64,000 nucleotides of DNA from Candidatus Aminicenantes bacterium. Its GTDB lineage: Bacteria > Acidobacteriota > Aminicenantia > Aminicenantales > UBA4085. Under the pieces are notes generated by a model that was not told the origin of the DNA, did no database searches, and saw only the letters and a list, made by a program, of their open reading frames with translations. Location of the stretch: the NCBI GenBank assembly GCA_030691735.1, contig JAUYDS010000117.1:17280-81279 (forward strand), in the 5' to 3' direction. Made by a program: the position numbers and the translations under genes. Below, piece after piece: positions 27,332 to 36,131 of the stretch (its first letter is position 1; each line of letters begins with the position of its first letter).

Positions 27332-28018
27332 ATGATCAAAAGACGCGAGTTCTTAAAGGCGACGGGCGTCGGCGGCGCGGCCGTTTTCGCCGGCGCCGAT
27401 CCGCTCTCAGGGCCCGCTTTCGGGCAGGATGTTAAAACTCAAGCGTACGCGGCCAAGGATTACGCCAGGCTCTTGGGAACACCCGGCTTCAGCGACGCTC
27501 TCCTCAAGAACCATTTCACCCTCTACCAGGGCTATGTCACGAACACGAACAAGGTTCTGGACGCGCTGGCCCAGATGCTCAAGGACGGGAAAACGGCCGC
27601 ACCCGAATTCGCCGAGCTCCGGCGGCGGCTCGGCTGGGAGTTCGACGGGATGCGCCTCCACGAGCTCTATTTCGAAAATCTGGGCGGAAAAAACGGGATC
27701 GACGCGGGCGGAAAACTGGCCAAAAAGATCACCGAGGATTTCGGCGGGTTCGAACCCTGGCAGAAGGATTTCAGGGCCGTGGGAGCGATGCGGGGAATCG
27801 GCTGGGCCGTCCTCTACCAGGATCCCGCGACCGGCCGGCTCATCGACTTCTGGATCAATGAGCACGACGGCGGTCATCCGGCGGGAGGCCGGCCTCTCCT
27901 GGTCATGGACGTCTTCGAGCACGCTTACATGATCGATTACGGGCTGAAAAAGGCGGACTATATCGAAGCGTTCTTCAAGGCCGTCGATTGGACGGCCGCC
28001 GAAGCGCGGTTGGCCTGA
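27332..28018 (+). CDS. Fe/Mn superoxide dismutase family protein with Tat signal peptide
   Basis: 228 aa; twin-arginine signal (KRREFLKATGVGGAAVFAGA); SOD C-terminal signature D.FEHAYMIDYG (compare D.WEHAYY.DY.N). The N-terminal His ligands are not obvious, so it may be a divergent SOD-like protein. Confidence 0.6.
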   Translation: MIKRREFLKATGVGGAAVFAGADPLSGPAFGQDVKTQAYAAKDYARLLGTPGFSDALLKNHFTLYQGYVTNTNKVLDALAQMLKDGKTAAPEFAELRRRLGWEFDGMRLHELYFENLGGKNGIDAGGKLAKKITEDFGGFEPWQKDFRAVGAMRGIGWAVLYQDPATGRLIDFWINEHDGGHPAGGRPLLVMDVFEHAYMIDYGLKKADYIEAFFKAVDWTAAEARLA

Positions 28019-28080
28019 TCTATGGTTAAAGCGATAAATATCCTTGTACGAGCGCCCAAGGGAAAAGCCGCGAATATAAT

Positions 28081-28250
28081 CCCCCCCCACCCCCCTTTAG
28101 CAAAGGGGGGGCTTGCTTTCCCTCCTTTCCTAAAGGGTAGGCGTGCTTCCCCCCCTTTCCTAAAGGGGGGGCTTGCTTTCCCCCCTTTAGCAAAGGGGGG
28201 GCTCGCTTTCCCCCCTTTACTAAAGGGGGGAGAAGGGGGGATTAGCCCCG
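28081..28250. repeat. tandem array of five about 30-nt GC-clamped hairpin units (C6-7 TTT NNN AAA G6-7 plus cttgctttc linker), preceded by a poly-C tract
   Basis: Units at about 28090, 28121, 28150, 28181, 28211: cccccctttagcaaaggggggg cttgctttc / cctcctttcctaaagggtagg cgtgcttc / ccccccctttcctaaaggggggg cttgctttc / ccccctttagcaaaggggggg ctcgctttc / ccccctttactaaagggggg agaagggggg. No spacers, so not CRISPR. Confidence 0.7.
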
Positions 28251-28308
28251 TCGCTCCCCGCGATGATGCATTGTTTCCAGCCTCCAGGTTCTTAAAAGGG
28301 CGGCGACC

Positions 28309-29373
28309 ATGACGGACTCAGAGAGCAAGCGGTCGATCAAAGCGGGGCTTTCCCCCGGGAGCCTGATCCATGTCGGCGAGAGAATGGTCGAGAAGGTCCG
28401 GATCACGGTCATCGATTATGACGCCGACAATATCTTCGAGAAAGAGGTCGAGACGGTCGAGGAATGTTTTCGTTTTCGGGAAACGTCCACCGTGACCTGG
28501 ATCAACATCGACGGCATCCACGATGCCGCCGTCGTCGAAAAGCTCGGCACGTACTTCGGCCTGCACCCCCTCATCCTCGAGGACATCATGACCACGTCCC
28601 AGCGGCCGAAGATGGAGGACCTCGGCGACGCCGCTTATGTCGTCCTGAAAATGATCGAATACGGGACGGACTGTTCGGACGTCGTCACCGAGCAGATGAG
28701 CCTCATTTTCGGCCGGAACTTCGTCCTCACCTTCCAGGAGCGGCCCGGCGACACCTTTGACCCCGTCCGGGAGCGGATCCGCAAGGGCAAAGGCCGGATC
28801 CGGAAGATGGGCCCGGACTACCTGGCTTACGCCCTCATCGACGCCGTCGTCGACGACTACTTCATCGTCCTCGAGCGGATGGGCGAGCAGATCGAGGAGA
28901 TCGAGGACGAGCTTGTCGCCGACCCGAAAAAGACGACCCTGAACGAGATCCACGCCATGAAACGGCAAATGATCTTTCTCCGCAAATCGGCTTGGCCCAT
29001 GCGCGAGCTCATCAGCCGGTTGGAGCGGGCGGAATCGCCGCTCATCCAGAAGACGACCGGGATCTTCCTCCGCGACGTCTACGACCACACGATCCAGATC
29101 ATCGACAACATCGAGACCTTCCGCGACATGCTCTCCGGCATGCTCGACATGTACCTCTCGAGCGTCAGCAACCGGATGAACGAGGTCATGAAGGTCCTGA
29201 CGATCATCGGCACGATCTTCATCCCCCTGACGTTCCTGGTCGGCGTGTATGGGATGAACTTCAAGTTCATGCCCGAGCTCGAGTGGCGCGGGAGCTATTT
29301 TGTGGTCTGGGGGGTGATGATCGCCGTCGCCGTCTTTCTGGTGGCTTATTTCAGGCGAAAGAAATGGCTTTAG
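28309..29373 (+). CDS. corA: magnesium/cobalt transporter CorA
   Basis: 354 aa; cytoplasmic domain plus two C-terminal TM helices with the YGMNF signature (GVYGMNFKFMPEL). Confidence 0.85.
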   Translation: MTDSESKRSIKAGLSPGSLIHVGERMVEKVRITVIDYDADNIFEKEVETVEECFRFRETSTVTWINIDGIHDAAVVEKLGTYFGLHPLILEDIMTTSQRPKMEDLGDAAYVVLKMIEYGTDCSDVVTEQMSLIFGRNFVLTFQERPGDTFDPVRERIRKGKGRIRKMGPDYLAYALIDAVVDDYFIVLERMGEQIEEIEDELVADPKKTTLNEIHAMKRQMIFLRKSAWPMRELISRLERAESPLIQKTTGIFLRDVYDHTIQIIDNIETFRDMLSGMLDMYLSSVSNRMNEVMKVLTIIGTIFIPLTFLVGVYGMNFKFMPELEWRGSYFVVWGVMIAVAVFLVAYFRRKKWL

Positions 29374-29377
29374 ATCG

Positions 29378-29405
29378 AAGGCGCCCTCGTCGGGGCGCCT
29401 TTTGG
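29378..29405 (+). terminator. candidate rho-independent terminator after corA
   Basis: aaggcgccc-tcgt-cggggcgcctt hairpin followed by TTTT (ggcgccttttgg). Confidence 0.45.
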
Positions 29406-29424
29406 TTGAAGGAGAGGGCATATC

Positions 29425-29685
29425 ATGAAAAGTAGAACCGTCTTGATCCTTATCCTGATCGCGCTTTTCGCGGTCCTGCTCATCCAGAATTCAGAACTGG
29501 CCACGCTGCGGTTCTTTTTCTGGCCGATCTACGCCCCGCAGTTTATCCTGGTCTTCTTCATCTTCTTGATCGGATTTCTGGTCGGCTTCCTGGCGGCGAA
29601 GAGCAGTCGGAAAAAGGACGGGAAAAAAGAGGAACACGTCCCTCCGCCGGCGTCCCATCAGCCGCCGGCGAAACCGCAGCCATGA
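29425..29685 (+). CDS. small inner-membrane protein, LapA/DUF1049-like
   Basis: 86 aa, two TM segments (LILILIALFAVLLIQN ... FILVFFIFLIGFLVGFLAA) then a basic/Pro-rich tail; good RBS (gaaggagagggcatatcATG). Confidence 0.45.
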   Translation: MKSRTVLILILIALFAVLLIQNSELATLRFFFWPIYAPQFILVFFIFLIGFLVGFLAAKSSRKKDGKKEEHVPPPASHQPPAKPQP

Positions 29686-30275
29686 GAGCGGTTTTCAAGC
29701 ACCTCAAGACGTTCATTCTTCGGGGATTCCTGGCCATCATCCCCCTCGCCTTGTCTTTTATCGTCCTGCGCTTTTTCTATCTGGCCGTGGACCAGCGGGT
29801 CGCCCACATCATCGAGAAATGGATCGGGTTCAACGTCCCCGGCCTGGGGTTCGTCCTGGTCCTGGTGATTCTCTACCTGCTCGGGCTGGCCGCAAGCAAT
29901 TGGGCTGGCCGCGGATTCTTGAGCATGGTCGAGCGCATCTCGATGCGCATCCCGCTCGTCAAGACCATCTATCCCCTCGGCAAACAGATCGGAGCGGCCA
30001 TGGCCGTCCCCGAAAAAAATGCTTTTAAAAGAGTCGTGTTGGTGGAGCATTTCCGGCCCGGAGTCTGGTCGATCGGCTTCGTCACCGGCCATCTCGACGA
30101 TCCGCGGACCGGCGAGCGGCTCTTGAAGCTCTTCGTCCCCCAAGGCCCCAATCCGACGTCGGGATTCATGATCATCGTCAAAGAACCCCAGGTCCGGGAG
30201 ATCGGATGGAGCGTCGCGGAGGCGATGAACGCCGTGATCTCCGGCGGCCTATCCGGCCCCGATAAACTCGATTGA
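29682..30275 (+). CDS. DUF502 family membrane protein
   Basis: 197 aa; N-terminal TM region then the conserved DUF502 body (..VKTIYPLGKQI...F.RVVLVE......IGFVTG...). Overlaps the preceding small gene by 4 nt. Confidence 0.55.
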   Translation: MRAVFKHLKTFILRGFLAIIPLALSFIVLRFFYLAVDQRVAHIIEKWIGFNVPGLGFVLVLVILYLLGLAASNWAGRGFLSMVERISMRIPLVKTIYPLGKQIGAAMAVPEKNAFKRVVLVEHFRPGVWSIGFVTGHLDDPRTGERLLKLFVPQGPNPTSGFMIIVKEPQVREIGWSVAEAMNAVISGGLSGPDKLD

Positions 30276-30297
30276 ACGGGGAGGTCCCGAAGGCTGT

Positions 30298-30395
30298 GGG
30301 GTCGCGTCTACACTTTCCACTTTCTCCTGCCGATCAAGCTGGATCCGAATTCATCTGGAAGAAAGTGGAAAGTGTAGACGCGACCCCGGCCTTTT
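30298..30395 (+). terminator. long perfect hairpin (28-bp stem, 34-nt loop) followed by TTTT; possible terminator for the DUF502 operon
   Basis: ggggtcgcgtctacactttccactttct (30298-30325) pairs perfectly with agaaagtggaaagtgtagacgcgacccc (30360-30387), then ggccTTTTctc. Located between convergent genes. Confidence 0.4.
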
Positions 30396-30426
30396 CTCAA
30401 ACTGAATTCGGTATGTGTCTGCGAAT
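30394..30426. repeat. repeat family R copy (ttctcaaactgAATTCGGTATGTGTCTGCGAAT) in the convergent intergenic region
   Basis: Complete 23-nt unit AATTCGGTATGTGTCTGCGAATg, identical in its core to the 24086 and 53341 copies. Confidence 0.5.
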
Positions 30427-30435
30427 GATCCCGGT

Positions 30436-31857
30436 CTATTCCTCATCCAGCTTGACGTTTCCCTGGTACATGGTCACGCCGTGCGGCGTCTTGCCCGAGA
30501 CCATGGCCGTGGATTTGGTGAAGAGCGGGTCGTCGTGGATGGCTTTGAGATATTCGTCGCGGAAGCGGGGATGGGTGATGTTGGCGATCGCCAACGCCTT
30601 TTCGCCGGCGGTCAGGCCGCGAACGTCGGCGATGCCGTACTCGGTGACGATGACCACGCCGTCGTACGAGGATGCGGTCAAACTCACCCCGGGCGGGTGG
30701 ACCATGGCGATCTTCGACTCGCCTTTTCCGGTGATGCTTTTCATGGTGATGATGGGCACGCCGTAGGCCGGATCGTTCAGGGCCCGGACGAAATCCGGCT
30801 GGCCGCCGACCCCGCTGTAATACCGGCGGGCGTCGACGAAATCGGCCCAGACGTTGCCGAGGAGGTCGACTCCCATAGCCGTGTTGATCGCGATGAAGGG
30901 GCTGTTCTTCCGGATGACCTCCTCGGAATTGGTCACGGCGCAGGGCCGCATCTGGATGCCCGCCCGCATGTGGACGTATTCGTAGAGCTCTTTGGAGCCC
31001 ATGATGAGGGCGGTCGTGCTGTAGCCCATGTCCTGTTTCTTCTTCCGGTTCGTGACGATCCCCGCTTTCTGGAGGGTCATCAATCCGTCGCCGTAGAGCT
31101 CCGTCTGGATGCCGAGGTCCCGGTAGTTCGCCTCTTTGATGATCCCGACGACCGCGTCGGGGATCCGGCCGATGCCGACCTGCAGCGTTGCGCCGTCGAC
31201 GATGAAATATTTGGCGATGAGCTCCCCGATCCGCTTCTCGGCGGCGGGGAGGTTGTCGAAGTCCGGGGCCGGGAAATCATAGACGGGTTTGACCCGGTCG
31301 TCGTCGACGAGGAAATCGATGGATTGGGCGTCGACGATGCTCTGCCCCTGAGTGAACGGCATGCTGAAATCCATTTCGGCGATGACGCACTTGGCCTGGT
31401 CGATGGCGGTATGGATGGCTTCGACGGACAATCCCAAGCTGTATTCGCCGGTGATCTCGTGAGGCCGGATCTTGACGATGGCGATATCGGGTTCGTACTC
31501 CCGGCCCTTGGCGATGAGGCTGTCGATATTGGCCAGCGTGCAGGGCAGATAATAGGCGCGCCCCTCGTTGGCGGCTTTGCGGACATCGCCCGTGGAAAAG
31601 ATGGAATAGGCCAGGATCCGGTCCTGCAGCCCTTTTTCGACGTAGGGCACCGGTCCTTGAAGCAGGAGGTGGACCATCCGGATGAAGGGGAGCTTTGGCT
31701 GGCCGGCCTTGATCGCAGCGGTCAGGAAGTCGAGACAGGCCGTCGGCGTGGCGGCGTTCGAGCCGAGGTAGCAGGTGATCGTCTCCTTGTGGCGGAAATC
31801 ACGGGAGATGACCTCGGCCACATCTTCGAGCTTGATGACGGCGGGTTGATAATGCAT
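30436..31857 (-). CDS. acetyl-CoA hydrolase/transferase family protein (4-hydroxybutyrate / succinyl-CoA:acetate CoA-transferase-like)
   Basis: 473 aa with normal composition; the plus-strand overlapping ORF 30415..31863 is Gly/Asp/Arg-rich antisense. N- and C-terminal AcetylCoA_hydro/transf domains. Confidence 0.7.
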   Translation of the reverse strand: MHYQPAVIKLEDVAEVISRDFRHKETITCYLGSNAATPTACLDFLTAAIKAGQPKLPFIRMVHLLLQGPVPYVEKGLQDRILAYSIFSTGDVRKAANEGRAYYLPCTLANIDSLIAKGREYEPDIAIVKIRPHEITGEYSLGLSVEAIHTAIDQAKCVIAEMDFSMPFTQGQSIVDAQSIDFLVDDDRVKPVYDFPAPDFDNLPAAEKRIGELIAKYFIVDGATLQVGIGRIPDAVVGIIKEANYRDLGIQTELYGDGLMTLQKAGIVTNRKKKQDMGYSTTALIMGSKELYEYVHMRAGIQMRPCAVTNSEEVIRKNSPFIAINTAMGVDLLGNVWADFVDARRYYSGVGGQPDFVRALNDPAYGVPIITMKSITGKGESKIAMVHPPGVSLTASSYDGVVIVTEYGIADVRGLTAGEKALAIANITHPRFRDEYLKAIHDDPLFTKSTAMVSGKTPHGVTMYQGNVKLDEE

Positions 31858-31994
31858 TCATGAACTCCAAAAAAATGATCAAAGTGGATGATAGCGGCGG
31901 TCTTTAAAATACCTAAAAATAAGGTCTCGCGCAAGCTCTTTTCAAGGCGGTCGAATCGGGTTATGATGGGGACGAATCAAGCGGAGCCCGATCC

Positions 31995-32831
31995 ATGATG
32001 ACCTTTGGAAAGTTCGAAATTTCGGTTCACAACCACGGCTTCCTGGGCTTGGACGGAGGGGCGATGTTCGGCTCGGTCCCCAAGAGCATCTGGTCGAGCC
32101 TGATCCCCACCGATGAGGAGAACCGCATCCGGCTGGCCACCCGGTCTCTCCTCGTCCGGGCGGACGATCGCGTTTTTATGGTCGATGCCGGGAACGGGGA
32201 CAAGTGGACGGACAAGTTCCGCCGGATCTTTACCATCGAAGGACCCGCGCTCGGCGAACCCGCCCTCGATTCCGCCGCCGTGACCGACATCATCATCACC
32301 CATCTTCATTTCGATCACGCGGGCGGGATGTCGCGGTTCGCCCCGGGCGGCTCGCGAGAGGTCGAGCTCTGTTACCCGGCCGCCCGCGTCTATGTTCAGG
32401 CCGACAATGTCGAGACCGCCCGGCGTCCGAATCCGCGCGAGCGGGCCAGCTACCTGAAGGAAGATGTCCTGGCCGTGGAACGGTCGCGATTGGAACTGAC
32501 GCGCGGCACGCAGGAGATCTGCCCCGGCGTCTGGGTCCATCAAGGGAACGGCCATACGCGCGGACTGCAGTGGGTCGAAGTCAAAGACGGCGGAAAAACC
32601 ATCGCCTACCCCAGCGACATGATCCCGACCTCCCGCCATCTGCCGCTCCCGTACATGATGGGCTACGATATGTGCGTCGAGACGCTTCTCGCGGAGAAGG
32701 AGGATTTCCTCCGCCGCGCGGTCGAGAACGACTGGCTCGTCGTGTTCGAACACGATCCGGACATCCCCGCCGCCCGCCTTAAAGTGGACGACCGAGGCCA
32801 CTTCTCCGTCCGGGAGATCGTCCGGTTTTAG
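31995..32831 (+). CDS. MBL-fold metallo-hydrolase
   Basis: 278 aa; metallo-beta-lactamase motif ITHLHFDHAGG and downstream His/Asp ligands. Confidence 0.6.
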   Translation: MMTFGKFEISVHNHGFLGLDGGAMFGSVPKSIWSSLIPTDEENRIRLATRSLLVRADDRVFMVDAGNGDKWTDKFRRIFTIEGPALGEPALDSAAVTDIIITHLHFDHAGGMSRFAPGGSREVELCYPAARVYVQADNVETARRPNPRERASYLKEDVLAVERSRLELTRGTQEICPGVWVHQGNGHTRGLQWVEVKDGGKTIAYPSDMIPTSRHLPLPYMMGYDMCVETLLAEKEDFLRRAVENDWLVVFEHDPDIPAARLKVDDRGHFSVREIVRF

Positions 32832-32860
32832 CCTGTTCTCAAAGCGACCGATAAGCGAAA

Positions 32861-32912
32861 GGGGGACGGTTCTATTTTTTTTCTCAAAAATAGAACCGTC
32901 CCCTTTTTTCCT
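32861..32912 (+). terminator. rho-independent terminator (bidirectional-looking)
   Basis: gggggacggttctattttt...aaaatagaaccgtcccc, about 18-bp perfect stem, followed by TTTTTT; an A-rich run precedes it on the other side. Confidence 0.7.
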
Positions 32913-32925
32913 CCCTTTTCCGCCT

Positions 32926-32960
32926 TGACATCGGTCGTCCTCTGGCGATATATTCATCCC
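32926..32960 (+). promoter_or_regulatory. candidate sigma70 promoter for the meaB-mutase operon (TTGACA-18-TATATT)
   Basis: ttgacatcggtcgtcctctggcgatatatt about 45 nt upstream of the GTG start at 33005. Confidence 0.4.
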
Positions 32961-33004
32961 GTTAGCAGCGGATTCATATCGGTCTCGACAGGAATTATCA
33001 ATTC

Positions 33005-34021
33005 GTGAGAACAGGCGCTTCCATCGGCCGTTCCCTCGGGCCGAAGCTCTGGGATGATTTTTTCAAAGGCAGCCGTCTGGCCTGCGCCCGCCTGATCACC
33101 TTGGTCGAAAATTTCCCGGAATCGGTTCCGGAGATCCGGGACAAGCTGATCCCTCGTCAGAAAGGGGCGATCCGCGTCGGGATCACCGGACCTCCGGGCG
33201 TCGGGAAGAGCACGGTCACGGCCGCCCTGGCGCGACGCGCGGTCAAGGCCGGCCATACCGTCGGCATTATCGCCGTGGATCCCACGAGCCCCTTCACCGG
33301 GGGGGCCTTCCTGGGAGACCGCGTCCGCATGCAGAGCCTCATCGGCGACCCGCATATTTTTATCCGCTCTATGGCCAGCCGGGACGGGCACGGCGGCCTT
33401 TCCCCGTCCACGCCGTACGTGGCGGACGTTTTCGACGCCTTCGGGATGGACCGGATCTTCATCGAGACCGTCGGTGTCGGCCAGGCGGAGCTCGACGTCC
33501 TGACCTGCGCCGATCTCATCGTTCTCGTCCTGCAGCCCGCTACGGGCGATATCATCCAGGCCCTCAAGGCCGGCATCATCGAAGCAGCCGATCTTCTTCT
33601 CATCAATAAATCCGATCTCTCCGGCACCGAATCCCTGTTAGAATCCTTCCGCTTCCTGTTCGAGATCAGCGCCCGGCCCAAGGCGATCGCCGCCCCTCCG
33701 GTCCTAACCGCCTCGGCCCTCCACAACAAAGGCCTGGACGAGGTTTATAAAGAAGTGGAGCAGCTGATCCACGGGCATGTCGAGTCAGGGAGGATCCGGG
33801 AAAAGAAGCGCCTGCGTCTCGAGGGGGAGATGAAGTCCTCCGTTCTCCAAGACCTGTGGGGCCGCTTTTCGGCGCTGACCAACGCCCCCGAGGAAATGAG
33901 GACGGCAGCCGAAGACCTCCTCAAGAACGGCCGGTCGCCCTATCCTTTTATTCGAAATCTCTGCGCCCGGATCACAATGGAGATCCGGGATGAAAGGACC
34001 AACCGTAAAGACCATGGATAA
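33005..34021 (+). CDS. meaB: methylmalonyl-CoA mutase-associated GTPase MeaB (ArgK family)
   Basis: 338 aa; P-loop [12 protein letters not shown], switch regions and INKSD; directly precedes the mutase genes. GTG start assumed. Confidence 0.75.
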   Translation: MRTGASIGRSLGPKLWDDFFKGSRLACARLITLVENFPESVPEIRDKLIPRQKGAIRVGITGPPGVGKSTVTAALARRAVKAGHTVGIIAVDPTSPFTGGAFLGDRVRMQSLIGDPHIFIRSMASRDGHGGLSPSTPYVADVFDAFGMDRIFIETVGVGQAELDVLTCADLIVLVLQPATGDIIQALKAGIIEAADLLLINKSDLSGTESLLESFRFLFEISARPKAIAAPPVLTASALHNKGLDEVYKEVEQLIHGHVESGRIREKKRLRLEGEMKSSVLQDLWGRFSALTNAPEEMRTAAEDLLKNGRSPYPFIRNLCARITMEIRDERTNRKDHG

Positions 34022-35648
34022 GAAAGCCTGGGAGAAGAAATTCCGCGATTCCGGCCTGCGGGAAGCGGATTTTTCGACGATCTCCGGTCGGCCCCTCGAA
34101 CCGCTCTATGACTGGGACGATCTGGCCGATCTCAACGTCAAAAAAGAGCTCGCCTACCCGGGCGAGTATCCTTACACGCGAGGGGTCCATCCCTCCATGT
34201 ATCGCGGCAAGCTCTGGACCATGCGCCAGTTCGCCGGGATGGGCACGCCTCAGCAGACCAACCAAAGGTACAAATTCCTCCTGGAGAAGGGCCAGACCGG
34301 ACTCTCGGTCGCCTTCGACAATCCGACGCTCTACGGCTGGGATTCGGACCACGCCCTGTCGATCGGCGAGGTCGGGAAGACGGGCGTCGCGGTTGATACG
34401 ATGGAGGACATGGAGATCCTCTTTGACGAGATCCCTCTCGACAAGGTTTCGACCTCCATGACCATCAACGCCCCCGCCTCGTGGATCTTCGCCATGTTCC
34501 TGGCCAACGCCGAGAAGCGCCATATCCCGTTCGCCAAGCTCCGCGGGACTCTCCAGAACGACATCCTGAAGGAATATATCGCCCAGAAGGAATGGATCTT
34601 TCCCCCGGAGCCCCACCTGCGCCTGATCACGGACCTGATGGCCTTCTGCGCGGACCACGTCCCGCAGTGGAACACGATCTCCATCAGCGGCTATCATATC
34701 CGCGAAGCGGGGTCCACGGCCGCCCAGGAGCTGGCCTTCACCCTGGCCGACGGATTCGCCTACGTGGAGTACGCCCTGCGGGCGGGGCTGGACATCGACG
34801 ACTTCGCCCCCCGCCTGTCGTTCTTTTTCAACGCCCATCTGGATTTCTTCGAGGAGATCGCCAAGCTGCGGGCCGCCCGGCGGATCTGGGCCCGGCACAT
34901 GAAGGAGAGATACAAGGCCAAGAATCCCCGCTCCTGGCTGTGCCGGTTCCATGTTCAGACGGCCGGCTGCAGCCTGACGGCCCAACAGCCCGAGATCAAC
35001 ATCGTCCGGACGGCGCTCGAAGCGCTGGCGGGGGTGCTCGGCGGATGCCAGAGCCTGCACACGAATTCCATGGACGAGGCCCTGGCCTTGCCGTCCGAAA
35101 AGGCGGTCGAGATCGCCCTGCGCACGCAGCAGGTCATCGCCTTCGAAAGCGGGGCGGCCAACGTCATCGACCCTCTCGGCGGATCATATTTCGTCGAGAA
35201 GCTGACCAACGAGCTGGAGGAGGAAGCGGAGCGGTATTTCCGGAAGATCGAAGAGCTCGGGGGGGTGGTCCCGGCGATCGAGAAGGGGTTCTTCCAGCGG
35301 GAGATCACCCGAGCCGCCTATGAATACCAGATGGCGCTATCACGAAAAAGGAAGATCTCCGTCGGCGTCAACGAATTCGTCAACGAGGACGAGAAGCTGG
35401 AGATCCCCCTTTTAGAGATCGACGAATCGGTCGAAAAGGACCAGATCAGGCGCCTGGGGGAGGTCCGCAGGAGACGCGACAACGGCGCGGTCCGGGCTAA
35501 GCTGGGGGCGCTGGAAAAAGCGGCTGCCGGGACGGCGAACCTGACCCCGTTCCTGTTGGACTGCGCTCGCGTCTACGCCACGTTAGGCGAGATCAGCGCC
35601 GCGCTGATCAGCGTCTTCGGCGAATATCAGGAGCAACCGTTTTTTTAG
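33990..35648 (+). CDS. methylmalonyl-CoA mutase family, large catalytic (substrate-binding TIM-barrel) subunit
   Basis: 552 aa; conserved MCM N-domain motifs ([35 protein letters not shown]); lacks the B12 domain, which is the next gene. Exact acyl-CoA specificity (methylmalonyl vs isobutyryl/ethylmalonyl) is not determinable here. Confidence 0.8.
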   Translation: MKGPTVKTMDKKAWEKKFRDSGLREADFSTISGRPLEPLYDWDDLADLNVKKELAYPGEYPYTRGVHPSMYRGKLWTMRQFAGMGTPQQTNQRYKFLLEKGQTGLSVAFDNPTLYGWDSDHALSIGEVGKTGVAVDTMEDMEILFDEIPLDKVSTSMTINAPASWIFAMFLANAEKRHIPFAKLRGTLQNDILKEYIAQKEWIFPPEPHLRLITDLMAFCADHVPQWNTISISGYHIREAGSTAAQELAFTLADGFAYVEYALRAGLDIDDFAPRLSFFFNAHLDFFEEIAKLRAARRIWARHMKERYKAKNPRSWLCRFHVQTAGCSLTAQQPEINIVRTALEALAGVLGGCQSLHTNSMDEALALPSEKAVEIALRTQQVIAFESGAANVIDPLGGSYFVEKLTNELEEEAERYFRKIEELGGVVPAIEKGFFQREITRAAYEYQMALSRKRKISVGVNEFVNEDEKLEIPLLEIDESVEKDQIRRLGEVRRRRDNGAVRAKLGALEKAAAGTANLTPFLLDCARVYATLGEISAALISVFGEYQEQPFF

Positions 35649-35671
35649 GATCGGAGCGAGAGGTAGGAACA

Positions 35672-36079
35672 ATGGCTGACAAAAAGATCAAGATCATCAT
35701 CGCCAAGCCCGGACTCGACGGTCACGACCGCGGGGCCAAGGTGGTCGCCCGCGCCCTCGTCGAGGCGGGAATGGAGGTCGTGTATCTCGGGCTGCGCCAG
35801 ACGCCGGAGTCCATCGTCAACGCCGCCCTCGAGGAGGACGCCGACGTCGTCGGCCTCTCGATCCTGTCCGGAGCCCATATGACCCATTTCAAACGGGTTA
35901 AGGAGCTCATGGACAAGAACGGGCTGGGCGACCGTCTCCTGACCGGCGGCGGGATCATCCCCACGAAGGACCAGGACAAACTGAAGGAACTGGGCGTCGG
36001 GAAGGTCTTCGGTCCCGGGGACGACCTCCAGGCCATCGTGGATTACATCCGGACGTGGCGCGGCTCGGGGGGAGCCTGA
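35672..36079 (+). CDS. methylmalonyl-CoA mutase family, cobalamin-binding small subunit
   Basis: 135 aa; B12-binding Rossmann domain with the DxHxxG motif ([18 protein letters not shown]). Confidence 0.8.
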   Translation: MADKKIKIIIAKPGLDGHDRGAKVVARALVEAGMEVVYLGLRQTPESIVNAALEEDADVVGLSILSGAHMTHFKRVKELMDKNGLGDRLLTGGGIIPTKDQDKLKELGVGKVFGPGDDLQAIVDYIRTWRGSGGA

Positions 36080-36131
36080 CGAACCGAATGGATTTCATAA
36101 GAATCATAAATCATGACAAGGAGGAGCACTC

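Noticed and set aside
28081-28250. Possibility that the tandem repeat is a CRISPR array
   Set aside because: Units are directly adjacent with no unique spacers, period is only about 30 nt, and no cas genes are nearby.
28022-28312. 96-aa ORF encoding PPLAKGGLAF x4
   Set aside because: Direct read-through of the tandem hairpin array. The repeat periodicity is at the DNA level (about 30 nt, not a multiple-of-3-constrained protein repeat) and there is no RBS, so it is treated as non-coding.
30415-31863. 482-aa plus-strand ORF overlapping the CoA-transferase gene
   Set aside because: Composition (D/G/R/A/V-rich, no K/I/Y/N) is antisense-like. The minus-strand protein has normal composition and CoA-transferase family features.
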